A stretch of 64,000 bases of DNA. It comes from Octopus vulgaris (taxonomy: Eukaryota). The stretch is from the NCBI GenBank assembly GCA_951406725.2, contig OX597822.1:66774001-66838000 (forward strand), in the 5' to 3' direction. Made by a program: the position numbers and the translations under genes. Positions 27,951 through 42,099 of this stretch are shown piece after piece (position 1 is the stretch's first letter; every line of letters starts with the position of its first letter). A model generated the notes under the pieces. The model ran no database searches. It was not told where the DNA came from and saw nothing but the letters and a program-made list of their open reading frames with translations.

Positions 27951-28891
27951 TCAGGCTGAGTAAAAAGTAAGCAACGTTTTGAAACATGAAATTCATCACA
28001 ATATATTTAAACAATGCAGAAATTTTATTCCTCAAATAAGTACAATTACAATCAACAGGTTTGTGCCAACGAGTTACAGGTTTGTTTATTCCGGTAACAT
28101 AAAAATCTGGGTTCTGGAGCTGCTGAAGTCTTTGAACGTACTTTCAGCATCAAGACGCTTGAAAAAGTGATAGTCGGCCGGAGAAAGTTCTAGAGAATAA
28201 GCTGGGTGGGGAAGAACTTCGTAGCCAAGTTCCCCCAACTTCTGGAGCGTTATTAGTGAAACCTGTGCTCAAGCATTGCCATGAAGAATGATTGGCTGAG
28301 AGATGGATAGGTCTAGTTTCGGAGAAGAAGCTATGCGTAAATTTCATATCTGCGCATTGTGTGGTACACATTTGTTGCGTCATCTTTATGATTTTCGAAT
28401 TGCATGCAAATGGTTCCAGGCAGTTTTCTGGCTAACTTGAAGTTCTTTCGCCAGTTCTCGTGTTGTTTTACATGGAACTTTCTCAATGACGGCCAACTGA
28501 AGGTCGTCATTGATGAAAGATAGGTGTCCACTACGCTCACGATCTTCAAGGCTAAGTTCTCCACTGCGAAATCGTTTAAGGCATTTTCGAGCTGACCACT
28601 CATTGGTCATTTCCTCACCAAACTTTTTGTAGATATCGCGAGCCGTTTCAGCCGCTCTATGTCTTTTTTTGAAGTTGAATACCAAAATTGCTCGAATATC
28701 GCGCTTTCACAGTTCCATTTCAGATGATTGTAACGACGGTGAAAAAAATACAAATGTTAGTTCATTGATGCATTTGGGCAAGTCTATGTCTGTATTATCA
28801 GAAAATTTTTTTTTTAAAATTCAAAACTCTGCAAAATCCAGTACAAATTCTTTATGGTCCAAAACGTTACTTACTTTTTTACTCAACCTGA
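27951..28891 (-). mobile_element. Mariner element with both TIRs, internally deleted transposase pseudogene
   Basis: TA-flanked ~30-bp TIRs (tcaggctgagtaaaaagtaagcaacgtttt); ORF 28386-28685 is the HTH region (AETARDI..FG..RFRSG..LED..RSG); CVPHN and PHPAYSLELSPADYHFF motifs; most of the catalytic core missing. Confidence 0.9.
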
Positions 28892-28958
28892 TATGCATAT
28901 AAGTTTAAATAATATACAATTGCATGTATATGTATTAACACGTGTAAAATACATACGT

Positions 28959-28989
<31 letters not shown>

Positions 28990-29249
28990 CATTTTGTATG
29001 TGTTTACATGCATTTATAAGTGCAGATAATGCAGTACTCTAGAATTCTCTCGGCTTGTCTCGGTCTCAAGTCAAAAACACTTTTTTGTGACTATTGTGTA
29101 TCTGTAAATTTTCGTTAAGTCTTATGTTTTTCTTTCGTATATATTCAGTTGAATGACTTGAATTCGAGTTGTGTTTTATTTTTCCCCTATTATATCGACT
29201 TCCAGGCGAATGGCAACATCTTTTTCCAATGATTCTGTAATGATTCTGA

Positions 29250-30058
29250 ATACGTAGCCGTCATCTACATATATGCTGTGTGGTACTCATGAAATAATTC
29301 AGGTGTGTTCGAAAGTATAATCGGATTTTCGTTTTCATGCAAGATGACCGAACGCATGGGGCAGAGGCTATAAATCTGTGTCCAATCCCCAGTGATGACA
29401 GTTTGCATGAGGTCTGGGTCGTGGTTTTCCCCAGCATGTCCTGGACGATTTTCATGTTGAGCTGTTTCTCTTGTTCCACACGGACCATGATTACGAATTT
29501 CGCCGACACTTACCGCATGCGCGGATCCTTAATTAAAATGGAATGCAATGGTCCTGTGCTTGTTGTCACTTCGTGAGCAGTTTCCTGAGTTGTTACATGA
29601 CGGTTACCTGTGACTATTTGCCGAACTTTCTCAATCGGATCCTTCTTTCGGCCTGTGGATGACCTGCTTGAACAATCCCAGCTCTCCATGAGGTGCAGCC
29701 ATGTTTGAAGCGATTGTATCACTCCTTGAACTGATAAGCCCACCCCACCCCACCCCATGGCATCATCGCCAAAGGCCTACTGAGTTTTCTGGATCTTTTG
29801 AACTGGAGTATCCCCAAGCATAACTTAATGCAATATCACTGTTCAATGCGTTCGGTGAAAGCAAAAACCTGACGAGTGCGAACTACATGAATGTACTCTA
29901 GGTGTAACAGCCAGCAATCAACGCGGACTAATGGTGCGAAAACAACTTTCGGACCGATACAGGACGGTTGGCGTAACCTCTCATCGAAAGGATTTTGTCC
30001 ACACAGCATTAGTTTTGGCAGGGAAGAATAAATTCGGCTACGTTTTGAACTCACCTCA
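29250..30058 (-). mobile_element. Mariner (irritans-like) transposon, 5' part, decayed
   Basis: AFGDDAM...SRSST...IEKVRQIV..NRHVT...HSIL..D.RMR*VSAKFV. Confidence 0.75.
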
Positions 30059-30350
30059 TAACGAGTAATTAAAATGTAACATGCTTTTTTCCTTTTTCTG
30101 GGTTGACAAAATGTTCATTGAAAACAAGGAGGCTACGTAGATCGACTTTAGCTTTCTTTATATTGTATATATTTGTGCCGGTTTTAGAAATATATATAAA
30201 TGATAGATGTATGATATTGAAGAATTCGACAATAAGAAGTGTATTTAGCTGGATATTGAAGCTTGTATTAAAATACAATTTCATAATTCAAAGTTATAGT
30301 TCCATATTTTTCTTATGAAATAGAGGAATTTCGTGCCGAGTAACAAATAT

Positions 30351-30383
<33 letters not shown>

Positions 30384-30464
30384 ACATCGATACATATGTG
30401 TGTGTGGTGTATGTGTGTACATTTATACATGTATATGTGTGTGTGTGTGTGTGGATATAGAGAG

Positions 30465-30676
30465 GGCGGCGAGCTGGCTGATCATCAACGCGACGGCCAA
30501 AGGGCTTATCGACATTTCGTCCTGAGTTACGTTCCGAGTTCAAATTTCGCCGAGGTCGACATTGTCATTTATTATTTCCGGTGTCGACAAAATACTTACC
30601 AGTCGAGCACTGGAGTCAATGCAATCGACTTTTCCCCTTCCACGAAATTGGTTTCCTTGTGCCGAAACTTGAAACA
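30465..30676 (+). mobile_element. SINE family D
   Basis: ggcggcgagctgg head, gagttcaaatttcgccgaggtcgac. Confidence 0.8.
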
Positions 30677-30871
30677 ATTATATGTATACAGAAAATAAAA
30701 TACTCCTCGTTATACTAAGACCACTTTAAATAGCACTTATGCATATAACCTGAAGTGACACTTAAGTTCCCAAGCTTTCGTGACCTTATGAAATATACGT
30801 TCTTAAGTGGGATCGTTTACTGAAATAAAGCATCTGTTAAAAGTATTCAAATAACTATAAGAATACATACA

Positions 30872-30927
<56 letters not shown>

Positions 30928-31570
30928 CATATATAATTATTTTATATTATATTATGTTAAAGTATAAGTTATAATATGCATTATATATATCATATCAAAT
31001 TATAATATATATACATATATATATATATATAATTATGATATATTATATTGCATTATATTACATGAATAGATAGAGAGATAGAGAGATTATGTTGTGATGG
31101 CCTTTGATTATACCGATGTGATTAATGCTCGAAGGACAGTTGCATAATCAATTCTGTTTTGTATGGGTTTATAAATAATTTTATGGTAATTAGGATTAAT
31201 TTCCAATAAAGAAACTTATAGTATTACTTCTCACATATTAAGAATATAAGATCGAAATATTTACGTTTGATATGCTTAAAACCAGCTTTGATACAGTCAT
31301 GTTTTTAAGAAAAAGTCCTTATTCTAATAGCTGGAAAATTTAATAAAATTGGCCATTAATTTTATAAAGAGAAATCTGTCAATTAACATAAAAGATAACC
31401 CCTGGTATTGATTATTTAAATACTTATATATATGAAGAAATAATATGCAATTCCATGCATATAGGGATCGAATCATTCAGTCATAAAGGTAACGTATGAA
31501 AATGGATGCTGGCATTACTCGCTTGAGATAATTTGTTTTATATTCAATTTTATATCAACTGCTTACATAG

Positions 31571-32086
31571 TTTCTTCCTTCTCGAGCCACGCCTGGCTTA
31601 TAGGGCCGGTTTCCCGGTTTTCTTGGCGTATAGGTTCCCCACCTAGACGGACGCTGGTCCGTCGCAGGTGAGCTGCAAGATGCAAGAGGAAAGAGTGCGA
31701 GAAAGTCGTTTTAAAGAGTCAGCAGAAGTTCACCATTACCTTCTGCTGGAGCCGCGTGGAGCTTAGGTGTTTCGCTCATAAACACACAAATCGCCCGGTC
31801 TGAGATTCGAACCCGCGATCCCTCGACCGCGAGTCCGCTGCTCTAACCACTAGGCCATGGGCCTCCACAAATGTTCTTTCTCGAGCCATGCCAGGCTCAT
31901 AAGGGCTGGTTTCCCGGTTTCAGTGGCGTAGACATTCCCCACATGGATGGGACTGGAGTGGACTGGAGCAACGTGAAAATGAAGTATTTTGCTCAAGAAC
32001 ACAACGCATCGCCCGGTCCAGGAATCGAAACCACAACCTTACGAACATGAGTTCAACACCCTAACCACTAAGCTACGCGCCTCCAC
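31571..32086 (-). mobile_element. Tandem SINE dimer: CORE-containing SINE (31872-32086) followed by family B variant (31571-31868)
   Basis: Two tRNA-like heads in the same orientation; one TSD aac(t/a)gcttacatag at 31557-31570 and 32087-32100. Confidence 0.85.
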
Positions 32087-32918
32087 AACAGCTTACATAG
32101 AAGGTAAATATCTCGCATGCGTTATATAGATATCATTTATGTATGTATAGCGGTTAAGCTGAAATCGTTCTAAATGAAATTTTTCATGTAAAGGTAAGTA
32201 ATTATACATCGCAAGATATTTTGTCCGATGTTATAGGGATTCTACTTAGCAATGCTCCTCGAATAACTGTCTGTGAAATTGACAGAGAAGCAGAAATTGG
32301 ATGGAATGGGGCAATTGATTACATGTGCCAATATTACCCTACAACTACTTTATTTCATTGCCACCAGAAAGACGAACGGTAAAGTTGTTCACGGTGTAAC
32401 TTCAACTGAGATCGTCGACAACTGAAGCAAATATGGCAAGGCAATTTGTATGAGGCTGTTATATTCCTGCCAACTACAACCTTACTACTCTCCAAATGAC
32501 TGTTTATAATATCGAAACTAGGCGAGCCCTTTCAAGTAGAGGGAGTTTAGTCCATACTCCGGTAGTTCACCGGTATTTTACTCTATAGACCCTGAAGTTA
32601 TGAAAGGCAGCATTAACCGCAATGCGATTTGAACTACGAATGAATAAATGAGAAAAAGATGCTGCAAGAGATTTCTTTTCCAGCTGTCTAGTGATTCTGC
32701 ATATCTACTGCTTTCATCGTCTTCAAATATCAATAAGGAACATTTTCAATAGTCAGGTATTCATAATGTTTGACGTTGAAGTAGTGAAACCAGCACGTAA
32801 CAATTGGCAAATTCAAAATCAAACGGCTTTGAAAGAATTGCACAAAATAGTTTAAAATAAAGAGAGGGTAAATAAGTCCACGATTCATTTCTTTCTGCAT
32901 GTTCTTCCGCTAGCATTT

Positions 32919-32926
32919 TAGTAGTA

Positions 32927-32966
<40 letters not shown>

Positions 32967-33330
32967 CCGTAGTAGTAGTAGCAGTAGTAGTAGTAGTAGT
33001 AGCAGTAGTAGTAGTAGTTGCAGTAGTAGTAGTAGTAGTAGTAGTGGCAGTAGTAGTAGTAGTAGTGGTAGTAGTAGCAGTAGTAGTGGCAGCAGTAGTA
33101 GTAGTAGTGGCAGCAGCAGTAGTAGTAGTAGTAGTGGCAGCAGTAGTAGTAGTAGTAGTGGCAGCAGCAGTAGTAGTGGCAGCAGCAGCAGTAGTAGTAG
33201 TGGCAGCAGCAGTAGTAGTAGTGGCAGCAGCAGTAGTAGTAGTAGTAGTAGTAGTAGTAATAGTGGCAGCAGTAGTAGTAGTAGTAGTAATAGTGGCAGC
33301 AGTAGTAGTAGTAGTAGTAATAGTGGCAGC

Positions 33331-33362
<32 letters not shown>

Positions 33363-33417
33363 CAGCAGCAGCGACAGTAGTAGTGGTGGTGGTTGTGGTG
33401 GTGGTGGTGATGATAGT
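32919..33417. repeat. Compound trinucleotide array (GTA)n/(GCA)n/(GTG)n
   Basis: Directly visible, ~500 bp in one triplet register. Confidence 0.95.
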
Positions 33418-34348
33418 AAGAATACTATTATACGCATTTAATTTTATTTCATCAACCCCGGAATAGTAAACGTCAAAGTTGAACTTAACGAGCATTACTT
33501 TCTATCCATCGTAAATAAAGATGTCTAACACTTATTTTTCTGTCTCGTCTCTGATCTTATACCACACCGTTTCTTACCTGTATGCAATCGCTAGGAGTTG
33601 AAGGCTGGGAAGAATTAAGAGCTATGACAACGAACAGAACTAAATGCATGTGAGAGGACTTGAAATTTCTTGCACTAAGGTTGATTCACTGGCGTTCTCT
33701 CAACTGAAGGATTCGCAGATCATGGTGATTATAGTAAAAAGTGTCAGGGAATCGGACATGATGATTTACAATAAACGGTCGCATGAGCTGTAGAGGCGAA
33801 CACACATATTTTCATCTGTCCATCTGTAAGACTCTGGAATCGTGTGTGCATGTGTATGTGTGTGTGTGTGTATGTGTGTGTCTATTGAACTATGTTGCGC
33901 ACTTCTGGGTGGAAATAGTTCGTTATGCGTAAACGAGTATTTGGTGATGACTGAAGAATAGGCATAAATTCATTTCCAGCGAACATAAACAATGCTATTC
34001 GTTTAAATTCCGATTATTCTCTAATAACTCTTTCTTTATTACAGCCACATAACACTGCTCTTAATAGGACTTGCATCTTTTACTTCACCACACTACTACA
34101 ACACAACACACCGTATCACGCTCCTCAACGCTTTAATACCTTAGCCACAACACAACCTATCGAACAAATATATGATCATGCGAACAGTCCCCTGGTAATA
34201 AAACTTGCATTCATAATTTTTAAATAGCGGTTTCAATTGGACATACCCCACTATGCCAAATGTCATTCTTAGCCAAATCTGACCATTCAACTCAACACAT
34301 TCAGTAATTTCATAACCAAACTGATCCCAGTACATAAAATACTACGTG

Positions 34349-34731
34349 ACGGAGTGGCTGTGTGGTAAGTAACTTGCTTACGAACTACATGGCTCCGGGT
34401 TCAGTACCACTGCGTGGCACCTTGGGCAAGTGGCTTCTACTATAGCCTCTGGCCGAGCAAAGCCTTGTGAGTGGATTTGGCAGACGGAAACTGAAAGAAG
34501 CCCGTCGTATGTATGTATGTATGTATGTATGTATGTATGTATATGTTTGTTCCCCCAACATTGCTGGTGTGTTTATGTCCCCGTACCTTAGCGGTTCGGC
34601 AAAAGAGACAGATTGAATAAGTGCTAGGCTTACATAGAATAAGTCATGGGGTCGATTTGCTCGGCTAAAGGCGGTGCTCCAGCATGGCTACAGTCATATG
34701 ACTGAAACACGTAAAAGAGAGTAAAAGAGTA
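34349..34731 (+). mobile_element. SINE family A
   Basis: Near full-length homology; internal (TATG)n; gtaaaagag tail. Confidence 0.9.
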
Positions 34732-34880
34732 TACTCCAACGTCGTAAAACAAAAACAACGAAATCGCCACCAAAACATTTACACCTAGTTACAATGCTTC
34801 CTTCTACCTCTCGATATCCTCAACACTGGCCGAGGAAATGTGAGAATCCTTACGTGTAGAATTTATATACTTATAAGCAA

Positions 34881-35141
34881 AAAATAAAATAAATGCGTCC
34901 TTTTAAAGTCTAGTCAGGCTCATGGGCCCCGTTTCTCGGTTTCCATGGCGTATGTGTTCTCAAACTGGATAGGACGCCAGTCCATCGCAGCGTTACTCAT
35001 TTTGGCCAGCTGAGTGGACCGGAATAACGTGAAATGAAATGTTTTGCTCAAGAACACAACGCGTCGCCCGGTCCAGGAATCGAAACCACAATCTTACAAT
35101 CATGATGTTGACACCCTAAACACTAAGCCACATGCCTCCAC
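34881..35141 (-). mobile_element. Chimeric SINE: tRNA head + CORE-like domain + family B tail
   Basis: TSD acttataagcaa at 34869-34880 and 35142-35153. Confidence 0.85.
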
Positions 35142-35298
35142 ACTTATAAGCAAGGAGTAGTTTAAACGCTTCAAATATGGCTACACCTGGGCTTGCTCAC
35201 AAGCCGAAAGAAGGATTCGATTGGGAAAGTTCGGCAAACAGTCATAGATGACCGTCGTGTAATATGACCGAAATACGTTAGAAAATTATAGTGGTACT

Positions 35299-35612
35299 TG
35301 GGAGGCCCAATGGTCTAGTGGTTAGGGCAGCGGACTCGCGGTCGGAGGATCGCGGTTTCGATTCTCAGACCGGGCGTTGTGTGTGTTTATTGAGCGGAAA
35401 CACATGAAAGCTCCACGAGGCTCCGGTAGGGGGGTGGCGACCCCTGTTGCACTCTTTCGCCACAACTTTCTCTCACTCTCTCTTCCTGTTTCTTGAGTAA
35501 CGCTTAGGGTTAGGGTTAACATCCCGTCCAGCTGGCTGGGGGGAACGCATACGCCCCAGAAACCGGGAAACCGGGCCCATGAGCCTGGCTACGCGTGAAA
35601 AGGGAGACGTTT
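35299..35612 (+). mobile_element. SINE family B with internal TTAGGG patch
   Basis: Homologous to 6785-7105 except at 35504-35519. Confidence 0.85.
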
Positions 35613-35817
35613 AGTGTACTACTGGACTTTCCTCTTAAAGAAAGAAGTGAGGTGGCCACGACTAGAAAGTTTTTAAACATTATGGTCCGTTCTGTTATAG
35701 GGGTTAATCAATAACAACAATATAACCACTTGATCCACGTCTATTGCAGTGGTTGCTACAACTACTACTACTACTACTTCTACAACTACTACTACTACCA
35801 CTACCACTAAAAATAAT

Positions 35818-36039
35818 GCTTTTACGCTTTTACTTGTTTCAGTCATTTGATTGCGGCCATGCTGGAGCACCACCTTTAGTCGAGCAAATCGCCCTCATGA
35901 CTTATTGTTTTTTAACCTAGTACTTCTTCTATCGGTGTCTTTTGCCGAACCGCTAAGTTACGGGGAGGCAAACACACCAGCATCGGTTGTCAAGCGATGC
36001 AGGGGGGGGGGACAAATACAGACACACAAACACAGACAT

Positions 36040-36072
<33 letters not shown>

Positions 36073-36405
36073 CATATACATATATATACATATATACGAC
36101 GGGCTTCTTTCAGTTTCCGTTTACCAAATCCACTCACAAGGCTTTGGTCGGCCCGAGGCTATAGAAGAATACACTTGCCGAAGGTGACACGCAGTAGGAC
36201 TGAACCGGGAACCATGTGGTTGGTAAGGAAGCTACTTACCACACACCCACACCTGCGCCTATAATAGTACGCGACTGATAGTTGTTTTATTGACCCTGAA
36301 AGGATAAAAGGCAAATTGACATTGGCCGAATTTGAACTCCGCACGTAAGGAAAGAGGAAAACGCAGCTTAACATGATGCCCGCTGTGCTAACGATTCTGC
36401 CACCA
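35818..36405 (-). mobile_element. SINE family A (35818-36260) adjacent to a partial family D (36270-36405)
   Basis: Homology to other copies in window. Confidence 0.85.
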
Positions 36406-38015
36406 CCTCTACTGATACTGCTACTACCGCTGCTGTACTACTAGCTCACAATTTCTGTCAGGATTCAACCGCCAACCAGCACCACCACCACCACCAACAA
36501 CAACTACTAAACACTGTACCACATCAGCCTATTAACAACTTAACTCCCCTTTCAGAACATTATAATTTCCACTCAGACCCTCAGAGTTAATCCTTTAACA
36601 TTCGACTAATACTTCAATGCCACTAATGACCATTTACTATTCCAGTCACTCTTGGGGCCAACCATAAAGGGAACCACCATTCTGTCTTAGCCAGAACCCA
36701 ACCAAATACATTTGTTTTACGCATGTATTATGTATTATCTATTCTCTTTTCGCTTTGTCTTTTTTTTAATTATTATTCCTTTCTTTATATATTTATTGTT
36801 TCTTGTTTGCTGGTAGATAGGGCTCAGTTTCATAATCTGCGAATGTCTGTCATTTGCAAAGAAAATAATTAATAACAGTAAAATAAAAACACAAAACTAA
36901 ATAAATGACGAAGATATAGGCTTCTTTTTACTTCCTCTGCCATCTAGGTACATTTGCACACGTTCTTCACATATGCATGATAACACAAAGGTTTATAATA
37001 TACACGTCTTACACAATCACATTTTCAAATGCATTCATACATTAGCATTCACAGAGAGATAATTATATATATATACGTATGTACACGGACATACAGAAAG
37101 GCACGTGGTTATTTCCATATATACATACAGATACCTATACATACATAGCCTCGTACATGTGCATTCATACACACAAACATGTATACATACGTACATACAC
37201 ACTCGCATACAGAACGATTGATATAAATTCGGGCGAAGACACATTGATGCAAACTTGTGCGCTCAAATATACATTGGCAGCAATATCTATATTCACACAT
37301 GCACTCATAAACAGACACCGACTTACAGGCAGACAGATGACTGTATTCAAGTGTCTCTCTCTATATATATGTACGTGGGTGCGCCCGCGTGAATTCGTAT
37401 GTCATAACATCATTCACAATAATACAGAAACATTCGCATGCGTAAGGCAGAGCAATTCAGCGTACATTAAAACGAAAAGAGTACATGAGTAAAGATAAAC
37501 AACCGTTGTAACAGTTGAATAGACATATATATATATATATATATATAGATAGATAGATAGATAGATATGTATATATGTACATATATGTATACATATATAT
37601 ATATATATGTGTGTACAGGTATATATATATGTATTTATGTATGTATGTATGTATGTATGTATGTATGTCTATCTATGTATATATATATATAAATGCTGAC
37701 ATACAAGGTGTAATGTGTATTGTAAATATATGAGAACCGCCAACTTTTTATTTCAAAGTCTAAGAGAAGCGTTACGTAAAATATAAATGTCGCTTTCCGG
37801 GGAACATTTATTTAAATTTATGTAGACGTAGAATTCCATTTTATCATTTTTGTAAATATTTTTCGTTTTTAGTATCATTTTCACCAACACTTTCCTCCTT
37901 CTTTTCATCGTCATCACATCATTATCATCATGATCATCACCATTATCATATCCATCAAGAAAAGGTGGTATATTTTACACGTCTATGACTGTTATCAACA
38001 TATTGATCGTCATCG

Positions 38016-38068
<53 letters not shown>

Positions 38069-38627
38069 GCCAATATCATAATAGTTTTGCATCATTGCTT
38101 TTAGCGGTATAGTTTTGGATGTTGCCATTTTATTTAAGTCTAGATTTCATTTCAGTAAATGAAAAAAAATTTATAGTAAACTTGTAAAGAAGGAAGCAGA
38201 GAAGGACATAGAGGCATAAACCGCCACCAAATCTGTTTCACTTAATTCAAGCGAATAATATATGTATGCAGAATTAACATATATATTATAATGAACATGG
38301 TGACACTTAACACTTTCAAGCATAAAAAAATAATAAATGATTACTGTTTCCAGAATACGAAAGTTTTATTTCTGACACTCGATGCCAGTTTGAAATTAAA
38401 TGACTTGATTTTGTAAATCTTATAGAATTTAAGGTTAAATCGATTTTAAATGGCATGTTGTATTTTTGGTTGCTTTTTTTTTTTTCGTCGTTCAATCGTC
38501 GGCCATGAAGGAGGGTAAAACAAAGAAAGACGTCGAAACAGTTTATATGCATACTCTTGATTCAGTGACACACTCGCGTACACACATACAAGCACACTCA
38601 CATATACAAATATATATATACACACAC

Positions 38628-38671
<44 letters not shown>

Positions 38672-38692
38672 TTATTTATTTATATATATATA

Positions 38693-39112
38693 TACTCTTT
38701 TTACTCTTTTACTCTTTTACTTGTTTCAGTCCTTTGACTGCGGCCATGCTGGAGCACCGCCTTTAGTCGAGCGACTCGACCCCGGGACTTATTCTTTTTT
38801 TGTAAGCCCAGTACTTATGCTATCGGTCGCTTTTGCCGAACCGCTAAGTAACGGGGACATAAACACACCAGCATCGGTTGTCAAGCAATGCTAGGGGGAC
38901 AAACACAGACACACAAACAAACACACATACATATATATACACATATATACGACAGGCTTCTTTCAGTTTCCGTCTACCAAATCCACTCACAAGGCATTGG
39001 TCGGCCCGGGGCTATAGCAGAAGACACTTGCCCAAGATGCCACGCAGTGGGACTGAACCCGGAACCATGTGGTTGGTTAGCAAGCTACTTACCACACAGC
39101 CACTCCTGCGCC
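38693..39112 (-). mobile_element. SINE family A, full length, embedded in (TA)n
   Basis: (ACTCTTTT)n tail; head ends cactcctgcgcc. Confidence 0.9.
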
Positions 39113-39132
39113 TATATATATATTTATATATA

Positions 39133-39268
<136 letters not shown>

Positions 39269-39282
39269 GAGAGAGAGAGAGA

Positions 39283-39421
39283 TCATCATCGTTATCATGA
39301 TCGTTTAACATCCGCTTTCCATACTAGCATGGTTTGGACGATTTAACTGAGGTCCGGCGAGCAAGATGGCTGCACCAGACTCCAATCTGATCTGGCATAG
39401 TTCCTGCAGCTGGATGCCCTT
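39283..39421 (-). mobile_element. 3' fragment of a further SINE family with a (GAT)n-like tail
   Basis: Minus strand aagggcatccagctg...agtatggaaagcggatgttaaacgat, resembling RTE-type SINE tails (recognition only). Confidence 0.5.
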
Positions 39422-39979
39422 TTTTCACTGTCTCGGTCCTGTTCAGTGTGGTGGCACTGATATTGGATTATTTGAACTTTTGTCTTGGTAAATCTAGTTG
39501 ACGAAGGCTAAACAAATTTACGATAGCAAATCCATTTTGAAGAGTCCGAAATTTAGGTCCCAGATTATCTAATTCTGAGTTGCCCATTTACCTAATGTTC
39601 ATCAAGAATGTATATATAGTGAAGCCATTACAATGTGTTTTGGCCTAATGGCCTTTAATGTTCATCTTCGTCGATTGTTTACTCTGTACGTCCATTCTGT
39701 TGTTGCTTGTTCGTTCGAAGCTTTAACCTCTCCACAATTTCTATATTTTAAGAAATTCTAGATGCTGCTGATTTATGAAGTTTTCCTACCTTGTCGTTGA
39801 ATGTTCAAAATAGGGAGTAATTAACAGTTGACAACTGAGGAGGGGTTAGACTTCTTTTGGTATTTTGTCCCGCGCTTGTCTCTCATTATGTGTTTACATA
39901 TTTTTCTCTCGCTGGTGATGTCCTATACTTGATGTAATATACATATATATATATATACATGTGTGTTTGTGTGACTATA

Positions 39980-40029
<50 letters not shown>

Positions 40030-41562
40030 CATATGCATACTTACACCTATGAATAAGTTCATATAAATGTAAGATTATATCCATTTATGATGTGAGATAC
40101 TTATGGATATTTAAAGAAAAGTTCACTCATTTGCAGGCATATATATAAGTAATGAAATATATATTTTATTACCTATATATGATATGTTAAAGATCAACGT
40201 TGATAATAATCATGTTTTGAGAAGACGTATGTAAATGAGTACGTAAATTTGTAATTTATTCATATATTTTTACTATATGCTTATTTATTCCATAGAATCA
40301 AATAGCTGTGGAAAAATTAATACGCGTATGCTAGATCATTGTGTATATATTTATTCAGTTACGGTTAATTCTGTTAATAATATGTATTTCGTTACCTGTC
40401 GTTATAGTCTTTCGTAGGTCTTTCCGTGGAAATACTTTCTGGAAGTATGTGGTAGATATTGAATTGTACATCTCTTATTTATATCATTTCATTGTTGAAT
40501 CGTAAGCCATATACTCTTGAGGAACTTCGATACACAAAACTTTGCATCGGAGATATCTATCGTTTAATCATTCTTTATTTACACTATAACTGTCTTAGCG
40601 TCCATTAGGTGGAGTACTCCTGGTTTTTTAATATAACATCCGCACAAAAGCCTACGAATATGTATACGGGCGTATGTATATGGGTATCTGTATGCATAGA
40701 TACAGCTATAGGCAAAACAAAATATATTTTCTGGAACTAATGATTATAGATTAAATATTTTAAACGTATTCACACGCGCATATACTGATATTAAGTTTAT
40801 GTATATATTTTCACCCTTCCGTACCCTTCCGCTTACATTTCCTTCAAAGTTTTCGATGTTTCACCTTAAACTATCACTGCAAACAAAACACAGATGACCT
40901 TTGCTTAACCCTAGAGTTTCTATAAGATATCTGTTGTGTTAAAGGTGAATAATGCAGACGAAATTTCTGAACGTACGCCAGCTCCTCACGTCTAAACTCA
41001 ATACAGCAGATCAACTGACTTATGTCTATAACAATTGTAAGAAACACATTGCTGTATTAATGATCATTTAAGGTAAGAAGCCAACATAGAAGAACGAGAG
41101 GTTGTATTAAAGACAGATAGAAACAACGAGGGAGAGAGACAGACTGAGAGAGGCGAGTGTGGGAGACAGAGATACATAAAGAGAGAAGGTGTTTGTAGAA
41201 GAGAAAGAAAGGAGAATATGAAAGTTGCTGGTTTATATATATATGAAAAGACATAGATAAGTGTATGTGTGTGTGTGTTTCTGAATGTGTGTATATACGG
41301 TGAAAGAGAGTGAGGGAGGAAGGTAAATAAATAGATATAGGTGCATATACATACACACGTATAAAGATACATGTTTATGTTCATGTATTTTGATTTGCAC
41401 ACACACACACACATACACACGCTCACACACACACACATACACACACACACGCACATACGCCTATAATAGAGCGTATATAAATGTACTTAGTTATGCATAA
41501 GGGCTGATGGATAAATAGGTAAATTGTTTGATAGATAGATAGATATATAGATAGAGAATGAA

Positions 41563-41624
<62 letters not shown>

Positions 41625-42099
41625 ACAAGTAATTAGGTGAATAGGGAGAGAAAACTAAACTTTGCATTTCAAGAGAGAGACTGATGCAGAGATATGACGT
41701 GAAATTATGTGTATTTTTGTATTTTGAGTTGGAAAATAAGAACCAGAATTTAGAATGAGAGAAAGGCCAGGAGAAAATTGTATAGAATGCAGGAAGGAGA
41801 TAAGTATGTCTGCAAGATATGAAGGAATGTATCAGATATTTCAACTTATACCGAAGTGGATAAGATGTAAAATTATATACCCATCTGTCTGGCAAAGTGA
41901 TTGATCATAATCAAGACGAATAAGTAAAGTACTATCAAAAATAAAAAAAAGTAAAAATATAAATATAAACATCCTCAAAATAACACCGGGGAAAACAAAA
42001 AAAACACTAACACCAACCCCAGCATCATCGCGTCTACCACCAATGTTATCGCACCTGAAATAGGCTACTCAAATTGCAAGTTCTCGGTATACATTTCGC

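Noticed and set aside
32761-33495. 244-aa Thr/Ala-rich mucin- or antifreeze-like ORF
   Set aside because: Pure triplet microsatellite open in several frames; its start lies in a SINE D fragment; no signal peptide or splice support
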